From the NCBI GenBank assembly GCA_965221125.1, contig CBDCRW010000006.1:160001-224000 (forward strand): a DNA stretch of 64,000 bases, in the 5' to 3' direction. A model generated the notes under the pieces. That model worked only from the letters and a program-made list of their open reading frames with translations. It searched no databases and had not been told where the DNA came from. Within the stretch, counting starts at the first letter, position 1, and every line of letters starts with the position of its first letter. The translations under genes were made by a program, and so were the position numbers. Below are positions 9,558 to 20,134 of the stretch, one piece after another. This DNA is from Alphaproteobacteria bacterium. GTDB lineage: Bacteria > Pseudomonadota > Alphaproteobacteria > UBA828.

Positions 9558-10721
9558 GTGAACTTCGAGGAGCACGCGGCGAAGCCCCTGCTGCACGCGG
9601 CGGGGATTTCCGTCCCGCGCGGGCAACTCGCCCGGAGCGCAGCCGAAGCCGAGGCCGCAGCGGCGCAGCTCGGCGTTCCGGTGGTGGTCAAGGCGCAAGT
9701 GCCGGCGGGCAAGCGCGGCAAGGCGGGCGGCATCCTGGCGGCGGACGACCCCCGCGCCGCGCACGACGCGGCGCAGGCGATCCTCGGCATGGAGATCGCG
9801 GGGCACAGGGTCGCCACGGTGCTCGTGGAAGAGCGGGCGGAGATCGCGGCGGAATACTACGCGGCGGTGCTGGGCGACGCGGCTTCCAAGGGGCCGCTCG
9901 TGATGTTCTCGCCGGACGGCGGCATGGACGTGGAAGAAATCGCGGCCACGGTGCCGGACAGGCTGCGGCGGACGCCGGTCGACATCCTGCGGGGCTTCGA
10001 CGTGGGCGCCGCGCGCGCGATGCTGGGCGGCCTCGGCCTCGGCGCGGCGGAGGAGCCGGTCGCCAACACCCTCGCCGCGCTCTACCGCGCCTGGCGCGAG
10101 AACGACGCCGAGCTGCTCGAGGTCAATCCGCTGGCCCGGCTCACGGACGGGCGGCTGGTCGCGCTCGACTGCAAGTTCACCCTCGACGATTCCGGCATCC
10201 AGCGCCAACCGGCGCTTGCGGCCGCGGGGAGCCCGGAGCTACTGACGGCGCTGGAGGAGCGGGCGCGCGCGCTTGGCCTGAGCTACATCGAGATGGACGG
10301 CGACATCGGCGTGCTCGCCAACGGCGCCGGGCTCACCATGACCACCATGGACGTGATCGCGCACCACGGCGGGCGGCCGGCAAATTTCTTGGAGATCGGC
10401 GGGGCCGCGTACACGAAGGCCCGGCCGGCGCTTGAGCTCGTGCTCGACAACCCGAGGGTGCGCTGCCTGCTGGTGAACTTCTGCGGCGCCTTCGCCCGCA
10501 CCGACGTGATGGTCGCAGGGATGCTCGACGCCTGGGAGGCGCTCGGCCCCACCATCCCGGTCTTCTTCAGCGTGCACGGCACCGGCTCGGCGGAAGCGCG
10601 GGCCATGCTGCGCGAACGCCTCGGCGTGGACCCCTACCAGACCATGGACGAGGCCATCGCCGCCGCCGTCACCGCGGCAGGGCATGCGCGGCACGCGGAG
10701 CACGCGGGCGACGCGCCATGA
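9558..10721 (+). CDS. ADP-forming acyl-CoA ligase beta subunit (SucC-like ATP-grasp), candidate sulfoacetate-CoA ligase
   Basis: 'VVKAQV..GKRGKAGGI', 'LLEVNPL', 'NGAGLTMTTMD', 'PANFLEIGG'. Confidence 0.85.
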   Translation: MNFEEHAAKPLLHAAGISVPRGQLARSAAEAEAAAAQLGVPVVVKAQVPAGKRGKAGGILAADDPRAAHDAAQAILGMEIAGHRVATVLVEERAEIAAEYYAAVLGDAASKGPLVMFSPDGGMDVEEIAATVPDRLRRTPVDILRGFDVGAARAMLGGLGLGAAEEPVANTLAALYRAWRENDAELLEVNPLARLTDGRLVALDCKFTLDDSGIQRQPALAAAGSPELLTALEERARALGLSYIEMDGDIGVLANGAGLTMTTMDVIAHHGGRPANFLEIGGAAYTKARPALELVLDNPRVRCLLVNFCGAFARTDVMVAGMLDAWEALGPTIPVFFSVHGTGSAEARAMLRERLGVDPYQTMDEAIAAAVTAAGHARHAEHAGDAP

Positions 10722-11587
10722 TCGCGGCAGGCGCGGAGCGCGTCCTCGTCCAGGGGATCACGGGCAGGCAGGGCACGTTCTGGACCGAGCGCATGCAGGC
10801 CTACGGCACCCGCGTCGTGGCCGGCGTCAACCCGAAGAAGGCCAATACCCGGCACTGCGGCGTGCCGGTCTACGCCAACGCCGGCGAGGCGATGCGCGAT
10901 GTGGGCTTCGACCTCGCGGTCCAGTTCATCCCGCCGCTCGGCGTGAAGGCGGCGTCGCGGGACGCGATCGAGGCGGGCTGCCGGCGCCTCGTCATCCTGA
11001 CCGAGCACGTGCCGGTGCACGACGTGATGGAGGTGCTGGCGATGGCCCGCGCCAACGGCGCCGCCGTCGTCGGCCCCAACACCGCAGGCCTGGTCACGCC
11101 CGGCGCGTGCTTCGTGGGCTTCATGCCGGCCTTCGAGAGCGGCATCTTCCGGCCCGGCCGCGTGGGCGTGATCTCCCGCAGCGGCAGCCTCGGCACGCTG
11201 ATCTGCCTCAACCTCGTGCAGGCGGGCTTCGGCCAGTCTGCCTTCATCGGCATCGGCGGCGACCCCATCGTCGGCACGACCACCCGCGACGCGCTGGAGC
11301 AGCTCGATGCCGACGAGGGAACCGACGCGGTCGTGATTGTGGGCGAGATCGGCGGCGCGATGGAGGAGGACGCAGCCGACTACGCGCGTGCCATGTCCAA
11401 GCCTGTCGTGGCCTTCATCGCGGGCAGCGCGGCGCCTCCCGGCAAGAAGATGGGGCACGCCGGCGCCATCGTCATGGGCGACAAGGGCACTCATGCGTCG
11501 AAGCGCGCGGCGCTGGAGGCGGCCGGCGCCCTGGTGCTCGACACGCCGTCCGGAGTCGGACCCGCGCTGCGCGCTGCGCTCGGCTGA
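10718..11587 (+). CDS. ADP-forming acyl-CoA ligase alpha subunit (SucD-like)
   Basis: 'VQGITGRQG', 'GPNTAG', 'SRSGSL', 'GEIGG', phospho-His motif 'MGHAGA'; ATGA overlap with beta subunit. Confidence 0.88.
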   Translation: MIAAGAERVLVQGITGRQGTFWTERMQAYGTRVVAGVNPKKANTRHCGVPVYANAGEAMRDVGFDLAVQFIPPLGVKAASRDAIEAGCRRLVILTEHVPVHDVMEVLAMARANGAAVVGPNTAGLVTPGACFVGFMPAFESGIFRPGRVGVISRSGSLGTLICLNLVQAGFGQSAFIGIGGDPIVGTTTRDALEQLDADEGTDAVVIVGEIGGAMEEDAADYARAMSKPVVAFIAGSAAPPGKKMGHAGAIVMGDKGTHASKRAALEAAGALVLDTPSGVGPALRAALG

Positions 11588-11655
11588 ACCCGCGATTGCG
11601 CGGCCGGCCGGGCGGACTAGATTCGGACTGGCGACAGGCCGAAGGGGAGACGACC

Positions 11656-12798
11656 ATGACCGATGCCAACCAGCCCGAGGTGCATCGCGGCCTGAAGGAT
11701 CTCTGCTTCGACCGCTCGCCCACCACGCTCATCGACGGCCGGGCCGGCGAGCTTCGCTATCGCGGCTACTCCATCCACGACCTCGCGGCGCACTCGTCGT
11801 TCGAGGAGACCGCCTACCTCCTGCTGCACGGCGCGCTGCCGACGCGCGCGGCCCTCGACGCCTTCGACGCCGCGCTGAAGGAGGCGCGCACGCTCCCCGG
11901 CGAAATCCACGAGGTCATCCGCGCGGTGAAGGACTCGCACCCCATGGACGTGCTGCGCACGTCCGTCTCCGCGCTCGCGGCGTTCGATCCCGAGACCGGC
12001 GACAACACGCTGGAGGCGACGCGGCGCAAGGGCATCCGGCTCACCTCGCAGGTGCCGATGATCGTGACCGCGCACCACCACATCCGCCAGGGCCGCGAGC
12101 CCGTGGCAGCGCGCGCGGACCTCGGCCATGCCGCGAACTTCCTCCACATGCTCAAGGGCGAGGCGCCGAGCGCGGACGCCTGCGCGCTGATGGACACCGA
12201 CATGGTGCTGCACGCCGAACACGGCTCCAACGCGTCGTCGTTCACCGCGCGGGTCGTCGTCAGCACCGATGCGAACCTGCACGCGGGCATCACCGCGGCG
12301 GTGGCCGCGCTCTCCGGCCCTGCCCACGGCGGCGCGGCGGAGAACGTGATGCGCATGGCCAAGGAGATCGGCGATCCGGCGAAGACTGCGGCCTACGTCA
12401 AGGCGAAGCGCAAGGCGCGCGAGCCGATCATGGGCTTCGGCCACCGCGTCTACCGGGCCGAGGACCCCCGCGCCCGGCACATGCGCGAAGGCGTCCGGCG
12501 GCTCTCCGAAGAGATGGGAGAGCCCCACTGGCACGCGATCCTGGAAGCGCTGGTGGACGCGATGCGCCCCTACGCCCGGCACGGCGTCAACGTGAACGTC
12601 GATTTCTACGCGGGCGTCGTCTACCACCTGCACGGAATCCCGGAGGACCTGTTCGTGCCGATCTTCGCCATCGGCCGCATTCCAGGCTGGACCGTGCAGG
12701 CGATGGAGCAGCTCGACAACAACATCCTGATCCGCCCGCGCCTGCTCTACACCGGGCCCGACGCCCGCGCCTACGTCCCCATCGACGAGAGAAGCTAG
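11656..12798 (+). CDS. Citrate synthase / 2-methylcitrate synthase family
   Basis: ATG at 11656 after GAAGGGGAG; 'LRYRGYSI', 'LHAEH..NASSF', 'GPAHGGA', 'MGFGHRVY...DPRA', 'NVDFY'. Confidence 0.9.
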   Translation: MTDANQPEVHRGLKDLCFDRSPTTLIDGRAGELRYRGYSIHDLAAHSSFEETAYLLLHGALPTRAALDAFDAALKEARTLPGEIHEVIRAVKDSHPMDVLRTSVSALAAFDPETGDNTLEATRRKGIRLTSQVPMIVTAHHHIRQGREPVAARADLGHAANFLHMLKGEAPSADACALMDTDMVLHAEHGSNASSFTARVVVSTDANLHAGITAAVAALSGPAHGGAAENVMRMAKEIGDPAKTAAYVKAKRKAREPIMGFGHRVYRAEDPRARHMREGVRRLSEEMGEPHWHAILEALVDAMRPYARHGVNVNVDFYAGVVYHLHGIPEDLFVPIFAIGRIPGWTVQAMEQLDNNILIRPRLLYTGPDARAYVPIDERS

Positions 12799-12939
12799 AG
12801 CGCGTCCGACTTTGACGGACGCGCGACAGGCCGCGGCAGCGGCCCGCCGCGAACGCGGCGCCCTCGCGGAGGCGCTGGCCGCAGGCCAGCTGCCGTGAGC
12901 GATAAAGAGTCAGAGCGCTTCCATCTCAGGTGGAACCGC

Positions 12940-13914
12940 TCACGCCATCGCGGCGGTGATGGCCGCCGCGGCGACGATGTCGTCCACCGTCGCCCCGCGG
13001 GAGAGGTCGCAGAGCGGCCGCGCGAAGCCCTGCAGGAAGGGGCCGAGCGCGCGCATGCCGCCCGCGTGCCCGCAGAGCTTGTAGCCGATATTGCCGGAGT
13101 CGAGGTCGGGGAAGACGAGCACGTTGGCCCGCCCCGCCACGTCGCTCGGTCCACTGGTCTTGAGCGCGGCGATGCGCGGCACCAGCGCGGCGTCCGCCTG
13201 AAGCTCGCCGTCGACGGCGATCTCCGGCGCCCGCGCGCGCACGATCTCCACCGCGCGGCGGACCTTGTCCACCCTCTCGTGCTTGGCGCTGCCGTGGGTG
13301 GAGAAGGAGAGCATGGCCACCCTGGCCGGTGCCCCGAGCAGGCGCTCGGCGCTGCCGGCCGACGCGATGGCGATGTCCGCGAGCGCGTCCGCGTCCGGGT
13401 CTGCGTTGACGGCGCAGTCGGCGAAGATCAGCGGCTCGCCCCCGCCCTGCGGCACCATGACGAAGAAGCTCGACGGCGTCGCGATGCCATCAGCGAGGCC
13501 CACGGACATCAGCCCGGCTTCGATCACCCGCGCGGTGGGCTGGCTCGCGCCGGCGACCAGCGCGTCCGCTTCTCCTGCCTTCACCATCATCGCCGCGTAG
13601 AAGAGCGGCTTCGCGAGCAAGCGCCTCGCCACGCGGTCGCTCGCCTTGGGCCGGCCTTCGACGTAGAGCGCGGCGTAGGCGTCGAGCGCGGCGCCTGTCC
13701 CCGGCGCCACGCTCTCGATGGCATCGAGGGAAACACCCGCCTTTGCGCCCGCCTCTTCCAGCGCGTCGCGCGCGCCGATCAGGACCGGCCGCGCGATGCC
13801 CTCGTCGTGCAGGCGCCGCGCCGCTTGCAGGATGCGCGCATCCTCGCCCTCCGGCAGGGCGACGCGGCGCCGACGCTCCTTCGCTTGCGCGACGAGGCGG
13901 TCCGCGATGTCCAC
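12940..13914 (-). CDS. pta: Phosphate acetyltransferase
   Basis: '[12 protein letters not shown]', 'FADCAVN', '[10 protein letters not shown]', 'DGELQADAA', '[12 protein letters not shown]', 'DLSRG'. Confidence 0.92.
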   Translation of the reverse strand: MDIADRLVAQAKERRRRVALPEGEDARILQAARRLHDEGIARPVLIGARDALEEAGAKAGVSLDAIESVAPGTGAALDAYAALYVEGRPKASDRVARRLLAKPLFYAAMMVKAGEADALVAGASQPTARVIEAGLMSVGLADGIATPSSFFVMVPQGGGEPLIFADCAVNADPDADALADIAIASAGSAERLLGAPARVAMLSFSTHGSAKHERVDKVRRAVEIVRARAPEIAVDGELQADAALVPRIAALKTSGPSDVAGRANVLVFPDLDSGNIGYKLCGHAGGMRALGPFLQGFARPLCDLSRGATVDDIVAAAAITAAMA

Positions 13915-15680
13915 TATTGCGGGTGCATGTCGGCGCCGTCGATGCCGGCGACGACGTTGGGCTTCTTCATCGCGTCGCGGCGGAACGGCTCGCCCAGCTC
14001 CTGGTTCAGGATCACCTCGATGAAGGTGGTGACCCCGTCGGCCTGGGCCGCGCAGGAGTCGCGCAGCGCCGCCGTCAGCGCCTCCATGGTGCTCACCGCG
14101 ACGCCCTTCAGGCCGCAGGCGTCAGCCACCTTCGCGTAGCTCAGGTCCGGGTTCAGCTCCGTGCCGACGAAGTTGTTGTCGTACCAGAGGATCGAGTTGC
14201 GCTTCTCCGCGCCCCACTGGTAGTTGCGGAACACCACCATGGTGATCGCGGGCCAGCCCTCGCGCCCGACCGAGACCATCTCGTTCATCGAGATGCCGAA
14301 GGCGCCGTCGCCCGCGAAACCGACGACAGGCACCTCCGCACACCCGATCTTAGCGCCGAGGATGGCGGGGAAGCCGTAGCCGCACGGCCCGAACAGCCCC
14401 GGCGCGAGGTACTTCCTGCCCTCCTCGAAGGTGGGGTACGCGTTGCCGATGGCGCAGTTGTTGCCGATGTCCGACGAGATGATGGCGTCCGGTGGCAGGC
14501 CGTCCTGGATCGCGCGCCACGCCATCCGCGCCGACATGCGCTCCGGCTCGCGCGTGCGCGCGTCCACGTTCCACGTGGTGCCGGGGTCGTCGTCCTCGTG
14601 GTCCATGCTGGCGAGCGTCTGCAGCCACGCCGAGCGGGTCTGGTGGATCGCCGCCCGGCGCTCGTCGCGGCCTAAGTTGCCGGCCGTGGCCGAGAGCTGC
14701 TCGCGGAGCTGGCGCGCTACCTTCTTCGCATCGCCGCAGATGCCGACCGTGACCTTCTTCGTGAGCCCGATGCGGTCCGGGTTCAGCTCCACCTGGATGA
14801 TCGCCGCGTCCTTCGGCCAGTAGTCGATGCCGTAGCCCGGCAGCGTCGAGAACGGGTTGAGGCGGGTACCCAATGCCAGCACCACGTCGGCGCGCGCGAT
14901 CAGCTCCATCGCCGCCTTCGAGCCGTTGTAGCCGAGCGGGCCCACGGCGAGCGGGTGCGAGCCGGGGAAGCTGTCGTTGTGCTGGTAGCCGGAGCAGACC
15001 GGCGCGTCGAGGCGCTCGGCCAGCGCCCGGCACTCGCCGATGGCGCCCCCGATCACCACGCCGCCGCCGGAGAGGATCACCGGGAAGCGCGCCTCAGACA
15101 GCAGCCGTGCTGCTTCCGCCACCGAGTCCTCGCCGCCCGCTGCGCGTTCCAGGTGCACCACCGGCGGCAGCTCGATGTCGACTTCTTGCGTCCAGAGATC
15201 GCGCGGCACGTTGATCTGCGCCGGCGCCGACTGGCGGACCGCGTTCTCGATCACCCGGTTCAGCACCTCGGCCATGCGCGACGCGTCGCGCACCTCCTCC
15301 TGGTAGCAGACCATCTCCTCGAACAGCGCCATCTGCGGCACTTCCTGGAAGCCGCCCTGGCCGATGGTCTTGTTGGCCGCCTGCGGCGTCACCAGCAGCA
15401 GCGGCGTGTGGTTCCAGTACGCGGTCTTCACCGGCGTCACGAGGTTGGTGATGCCGGGGCCGTTCTGGCCGATGCACATGGCGATCTTGCCGGTGGCCCG
15501 CGTGTAGCCGTCGCACATGAAGCCCGCGTTGCTCTCGTGGGCCACGTCCCAGAAGGTGATCCCGGCCTTCGGGAAGAGGTCGGAGATCGGCATGAAGGCC
15601 GAGCCGATGATCCCGAACACGTGCTCGATCCCGTGCCGCTGCAGCACCTTCACGAAGGCCTCTTCGGTCGTCATTCTCAT
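13914..15680 (-). CDS. xsc: Sulfoacetaldehyde acetyltransferase (ThDP-dependent)
   Basis: Characteristic N-terminus '[27 protein letters not shown]', ThDP motif GDGAFG..N, '[10 protein letters not shown]', '[14 protein letters not shown]'. Confidence 0.95.
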   Translation of the reverse strand: MRMTTEEAFVKVLQRHGIEHVFGIIGSAFMPISDLFPKAGITFWDVAHESNAGFMCDGYTRATGKIAMCIGQNGPGITNLVTPVKTAYWNHTPLLLVTPQAANKTIGQGGFQEVPQMALFEEMVCYQEEVRDASRMAEVLNRVIENAVRQSAPAQINVPRDLWTQEVDIELPPVVHLERAAGGEDSVAEAARLLSEARFPVILSGGGVVIGGAIGECRALAERLDAPVCSGYQHNDSFPGSHPLAVGPLGYNGSKAAMELIARADVVLALGTRLNPFSTLPGYGIDYWPKDAAIIQVELNPDRIGLTKKVTVGICGDAKKVARQLREQLSATAGNLGRDERRAAIHQTRSAWLQTLASMDHEDDDPGTTWNVDARTREPERMSARMAWRAIQDGLPPDAIISSDIGNNCAIGNAYPTFEEGRKYLAPGLFGPCGYGFPAILGAKIGCAEVPVVGFAGDGAFGISMNEMVSVGREGWPAITMVVFRNYQWGAEKRNSILWYDNNFVGTELNPDLSYAKVADACGLKGVAVSTMEALTAALRDSCAAQADGVTTFIEVILNQELGEPFRRDAMKKPNVVAGIDGADMHPQ

Positions 15681-15737
15681 GGCGTTACGTTCCTGTTCCT
15701 TTCGTTTCCGCGCTGCGGGCGGTCATGGTTCGAGGCA

Positions 15738-16664
15738 TCAACCCTTCCCCTTCCAGGGGATCAGCCAGCGCTCGAGCAGGCGCATGAACATCTCGATGGC
15801 GAAGCCGATGGCGCCGATGATGATGATGCCGATCACCACCACGTCGGTCTGGAGGAAGTTCTTGGCGATCATCATCATGGAGCCCACGCCCTGGTCGGCG
15901 GCCACCAGCTCGGCAGCGACCAGCGTCCCCCAGCACACACCCATGGAGGTCCGGAGCCCCGTGAAGATCTCGGGCAGCGCGTTCGGCAGGATGACGTGGC
16001 GCAGCACCTGGAACTTGGACGCGCCCAGCGAATAGGCCGCGTGGACCTTGGAAATCTGCACCGAGCTCACGCCGGCGCGGGCCGCGATCAGCATGATGAA
16101 GAGCGCCGCCAGGAAGAGCAGGAAGATCTTTGCGACCTCGTCGATCCCCAGCCACAGGATGACCAGCGGGATGAGCGCCAGCGGCGGGATCGGGCGGATG
16201 AACTCGACGATGGGATCGAACAGCCCGCGCGCCACCGAGTTGAGCCCCATGGCGAAGCCGAGCGGAATGCCGACCAGCGCGCCGATGATGACGCCGAGGA
16301 GCACGCGCTTGACCGAGGTACCCACGTGCTCCCACAGCGAGATGTTGCGGTAGCCGTCGACGAAGAGGCTGACGAAGCGGTCGACCACGCCGGGCCGCGC
16401 GCGGTCGGGATTGTCCCAGGGGTAAAGGCTGCCCTCGAGCGGCGGCCAGAAGAGCGGGTCGATGATCCCGCCGACGGTGGCGAGCCACCAGGCGAGGATC
16501 AGCAGGATGAGCGTGAGCACCGACCACAGCCGGCCGGAGTTCACCGCGGACGCATCGCCGAACTTGACCGTCTTCTGCCGGGTGAACGAGGTGTCGGCGA
16601 TGCCGAGCCACATGCCCCAGCGCGAGGGCTGCGCCGATCGCCCGCCTTGCTTGCGCTTCGCCAC
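15738..16664 (-). CDS. tauC: Taurine/sulfonate ABC transporter permease
   Basis: 'RPIPPLALIPLVILWLGI', 'ILPNALPEIFTGLR', 'LVAAELVAA'. Confidence 0.85.
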   Translation of the reverse strand: MAKRKQGGRSAQPSRWGMWLGIADTSFTRQKTVKFGDASAVNSGRLWSVLTLILLILAWWLATVGGIIDPLFWPPLEGSLYPWDNPDRARPGVVDRFVSLFVDGYRNISLWEHVGTSVKRVLLGVIIGALVGIPLGFAMGLNSVARGLFDPIVEFIRPIPPLALIPLVILWLGIDEVAKIFLLFLAALFIMLIAARAGVSSVQISKVHAAYSLGASKFQVLRHVILPNALPEIFTGLRTSMGVCWGTLVAAELVAADQGVGSMMMIAKNFLQTDVVVIGIIIIGAIGFAIEMFMRLLERWLIPWKGKG

Positions 16665-16674
16665 GGCCCGCTCG

Positions 16675-17478
16675 TCAGTGCGTGTCCACGCCGCCCATGA
16701 TCTCCTCCTCCATCTCCCAGATCATGGAGAGGATCTCCTCGCGGGCGGCGATGAAGTCCGGCTGGGCCTTGATGGCGCGCGCGTCCCCGTCTACCCCCTG
16801 CTCGGCGAAGGGGAGCGCGTATTCCTTGTGGATGCGGCCGGGGCGGGGCGCCATCACCACCAGGCGCTCGCCGAGGAAGAGCGCCTCCTCGACCGAATGG
16901 GTGATCAGGATGATGGTCTTGCCGGTCTCCTTCCAGAGCTTGAGCACGAGCCCCTGCATCTTCTCGCGGGTGAGCGCGTCCAGCGCGCCCAGCGGCTCGT
17001 CCATCAGGATCACGTCGGGGTCGTTCGCGAGGCAGCGCGCCAGCGCCACGCGCTGCTGCATGCCGCCGGAGAGCTGATAGACCGGCTTGTCGGCGAAGGT
17101 CTTCAGCGCCACGGTGTCGAGCAGGCGGCTCACGATCTTTCTGGTCTCGGCGCGCGGCACGCCGCACATGCGCGGGCCGAAGCTCACGTTCTGGGCGACC
17201 GTCATCCACTCGAACAGCGCGCCCTGCTGGAACACCACGCCGCGCTCCTTGTGCGGGCCGGTCACCTCGTGGCCGTTGAGCAGCGCCTGGCCTGCGGTCG
17301 GCGCGAGGAAGCCGCCGACGATGTTGAGCAGCGTCGTCTTGCCACAGCCCGACGGGCCGAGCACGGCCATCAGCTCGCCGGGCTTTAGGTGCAGCGAGAT
17401 GTCTTCGAGGGCGTGGACCTCGCCGCCGTTCGGCAAGGTGAAGACCATCGAGACGTTGTCGATGACGAGCCCGTCCAA
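16675..17478 (-). CDS. tauB: Taurine/sulfonate ABC transporter ATP-binding protein
   Basis: GPSGCGKTT, LSGGMQQR, 'MDEPLGALDALTRE', 'ITHSVEEA', 'PRPGRI'. Confidence 0.88.
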   Translation of the reverse strand: MDGLVIDNVSMVFTLPNGGEVHALEDISLHLKPGELMAVLGPSGCGKTTLLNIVGGFLAPTAGQALLNGHEVTGPHKERGVVFQQGALFEWMTVAQNVSFGPRMCGVPRAETRKIVSRLLDTVALKTFADKPVYQLSGGMQQRVALARCLANDPDVILMDEPLGALDALTREKMQGLVLKLWKETGKTIILITHSVEEALFLGERLVVMAPRPGRIHKEYALPFAEQGVDGDARAIKAQPDFIAAREEILSMIWEMEEEIMGGVDTH

Positions 17479-17601
17479 CGCGCCTTCCCCGCTCCGTGTC
17501 CGGAACGACCGGACCCTAACAGCCGCGCGCCACCTGCGCCACGAACGCGCTGCACGGCCCGCCTCGCGTGCGGGCCGCCTCCCTTTGCAACGCGCAGGGC
17601 G

Positions 17602-17649
17602 CCCTCCCTGCCTCGCCCCGGCCTTGAGGGCCTGGGAAGGCAGGGAGGG
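17602..17649. terminator. GC-rich stem-loop between tauA and tauB (terminator or mRNA stabiliser)
   Basis: CCCTCCCTGCC (17602-17612) pairs with GGCAGGGAGGG (17639-17649). Confidence 0.4.
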
Positions 17650-17688
17650 AATTGACGCCCGCAGCGCTACGGCTGCGGTGCCTTCGCC

Positions 17689-18663
17689 TTACAGGTAGCT
17701 GTCGTCGATGGCGGAGTCGTAGCTGTCGAGCGCCTTCTCGAGCTGGCCTTGTTGCACGAAGAAGTCCGCCACTTCCTTGGTGAAGGCCTGCACGGTGCCG
17801 CCCATCCAGGCTTCGGACTTCTGCGCCTCGGCGGACGGGAACGAGAACATGCCGAGCATGTCTTCCGTCGCGGCGAGGTCCATGCCGGCGGCCGTGGAGA
17901 TCGTCTCGACGAACGGCGCCGGATCAGCGTTGTAGGCCGCGTTCGCCTGGTCGGTCACCTCCATGAACTTGCGCAGAAGCTCGGGATGGTCGTTGGCGAA
18001 GTCTTCGGTCACCGAGACCACGTCGAAGACGCGGATGCCGATGGCCTCCTGCTCCGCCGGGGTCATCAGCTCGTCGCCGTACTCCTTCATGCGCTGCAGC
18101 GGGCCGCCGAAGGCGCAGGCCGCGGCGACATCGCCGCGCGCGAGCGCCACGGAGGCATCGGCGCCGTTCATTTGCACCATGTCGACCTTGGAGGCGTCGA
18201 CGCCGAGGTGATCCAGCGTGCGCAGCAGCTTGTAGTGGGTGACGTTGCCGATGGGCGTCGCGATCTGCATGCCCTCCAGCTCGGACGCGTTGGCCTGCGT
18301 GATGCCGGTGTCGGCGTGGACCACGCAGTTGTCGGCCTCGGCGTAGCTCACCGCGACGCCGACCAGCTTGAGCGGCAGCCCGTTGGTGACGGCGACCACC
18401 CACGGGACCAGCCCCTGCGAGTAGGCGATCTGCACGTCGCCGGAGACCATCGCCTGGCTCATCTCGTTGCCGTTGCCGAAGGCGCGCCATTCCACTTCGA
18501 CGCCCATCGCCTCGTCATAGGTCTTCTCGAGCTGGGCGACCTGGTTCGCGGTCGGCCATTCGAGGAAGTAAGCCACCGTGATCTTGTCGAGGGCGGATGC
18601 CGACGACGCGAACAGCATCGCCACGCCCGCCGCGACGACTGCCATAAAGCCGGTGCGTTTCAT
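17689..18663 (-). CDS. tauA: Taurine/sulfonate ABC transporter substrate-binding protein
   Basis: Signal peptide MKRTGF...ASA; 'ITVAYFLEWP', TauA/SsuA-type periplasmic protein; first gene of the tauABC-xsc-pta run. Confidence 0.82.
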   Translation of the reverse strand: MKRTGFMAVVAAGVAMLFASSASALDKITVAYFLEWPTANQVAQLEKTYDEAMGVEVEWRAFGNGNEMSQAMVSGDVQIAYSQGLVPWVVAVTNGLPLKLVGVAVSYAEADNCVVHADTGITQANASELEGMQIATPIGNVTHYKLLRTLDHLGVDASKVDMVQMNGADASVALARGDVAAACAFGGPLQRMKEYGDELMTPAEQEAIGIRVFDVVSVTEDFANDHPELLRKFMEVTDQANAAYNADPAPFVETISTAAGMDLAATEDMLGMFSFPSAEAQKSEAWMGGTVQAFTKEVADFFVQQGQLEKALDSYDSAIDDSYL

Positions 18664-18808
18664 GTCGAGCACTCCTTTCGATGTGGGTCAGGTGAGTTTC
18701 GAATCCCGGCAACGGGTCCGTGCGTGTCCGGTGGTGCAGCCACAGCGACGTCTCGCCATCGACCCATGCTCCCGCAGGTCCGCGCACGCATACGGCCCCA
18801 TTGACTTG

Positions 18809-18874
18809 AGCAACCGGTTTGGCGTACTGCAACCGGTTACACGGACCCAACATAGCACCTGTAACCGGTTACAG
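18809..18874. promoter_or_regulatory. Three LacI-type operators in the divergent tauA/lacI intergenic region
   Basis: Perfect palindrome CTGTAACCGGTTACAG at 18859-18874; near copies TGCAACCGGTTACA 18828-18841 and AGCAACCGGTTTGG 18809-18822; central CG typical of LacI/GalR sites. Confidence 0.8.
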
Positions 18875-19083
18875 AAAGGATTGTTCCGTGTTGCACGGCG
18901 CGGGATGACGGGCGCGTCGCTCATGCCGCTGCGCTCCCGGCCCGCGCGCCGCGTCTTGACCGCACAGCCGCCGGGCGACAGGATTTCGGTGACAGCGTGT
19001 ATTCTTTCCGTGCATGCACGGCGCCGCCGGGCTCGGCGCCGGTCCGAACGGCGCCCGCAGCCTAGGACGCCCCGGAAGCCGCG

Positions 19084-20130
19084 ATGGCCGAACGCACATC
19101 ACCGCAGAGCAGGCAATCCTCGCGACGGGTCACCCTGCGGGACGTCGCGCGCGAGGCAGGCGTCTCGGTCGCCACCGCATCGCGGGTGCTGAACGGCTCG
19201 CCGTCGGTCTCGCCGGCAACCCGCGAGGATGTGCTCCGCGTCGTCGCCCAGCTCGAATTCGCGCCGGACCCGCTCGCGCGCGCGCTCAACGCCGGCGGCA
19301 CCAACACCGTCGGCGCCGTGATCCCCACCATCAACCACGCGATCTTCGCCGCGTTCCTCGAAGCGCTGGAAGCGAGGCTGGACGCCAACGGCTACTGCCT
19401 GCTCATGGCCACGACCGGCATGGACCGGCGCGTGGAGCTCGAGCGCGCCCGCTCGCTGCTCGAGATGGGCGCGCGGGCGCTGATCGTCACCGGGCTGGAT
19501 CACGAGCCTGAGCTCACCGCCATGGCCAAGCGCTTCGGCGCGCCCGTGGTCGCGACCTCGATCTACGAGGCCAGCGCCCCGCTGCCGACCATCGGCTACG
19601 ACAACACCGCGTTGGGCCGCCAGGCCATGCGGCACCTGCTCGACCTCGGCCACACGGATGTCGCCCTGGTCTCCGGGCCGACGGCGCAGAACGACCGGGC
19701 GCGCTTCCGGATCCGCGGTGCGGAATCGGTGGGCGGCGTGCGCTCGCTGCGCACGATCGAGACGGAGTTGAGCGTCGGCGGCGGCGCCGAGGCCGCGAAG
19801 CGGATTTTGGGGTGGGAGCGGCGGCCGACAGCGCTGCTCTGCGTCACCGACCTCGTGGCACTCGGCGCCATGTTCGAGCTTCAGCGGAGCGGCCTCCTCC
19901 TGCCCCGCGACATGTCGGTGATCGGCTTCGATCACATCTCGTGGTCGGAGCACAGCCACCCGCGCCTGACCTGCATCAGCCTCCCCGTCGCCGCCATGGG
20001 CCAGGAGAGCGCGCAGGCGATCTGCAATTTCCTCACCGACGGCACGCTGATCCCCTCGGTCCGGCTGCAGGGCGAGATCAACGTGCGCGGCTCCACCTGC
20101 CGCCCGCCCGAACCCGGAACAGTCGGATAG
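19084..20130 (+). CDS. LacI/GalR family transcriptional regulator
   Basis: HTH 'TLRDVAREAGVSVATASRVLN', hinge 'ARAL', 'DMSVIGFD', C-terminal 'RGST'. Confidence 0.93.
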   Translation: MAERTSPQSRQSSRRVTLRDVAREAGVSVATASRVLNGSPSVSPATREDVLRVVAQLEFAPDPLARALNAGGTNTVGAVIPTINHAIFAAFLEALEARLDANGYCLLMATTGMDRRVELERARSLLEMGARALIVTGLDHEPELTAMAKRFGAPVVATSIYEASAPLPTIGYDNTALGRQAMRHLLDLGHTDVALVSGPTAQNDRARFRIRGAESVGGVRSLRTIETELSVGGGAEAAKRILGWERRPTALLCVTDLVALGAMFELQRSGLLLPRDMSVIGFDHISWSEHSHPRLTCISLPVAAMGQESAQAICNFLTDGTLIPSVRLQGEINVRGSTCRPPEPGTVG

Positions 20131-20134
20131 TGCC

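Noticed and set aside
10684-12798. 704-aa ORF as a single protein
   Set aside because: The N-terminal part is an off-frame shadow of the sucD-like gene; citrate synthase has its own RBS and ATG at 11656
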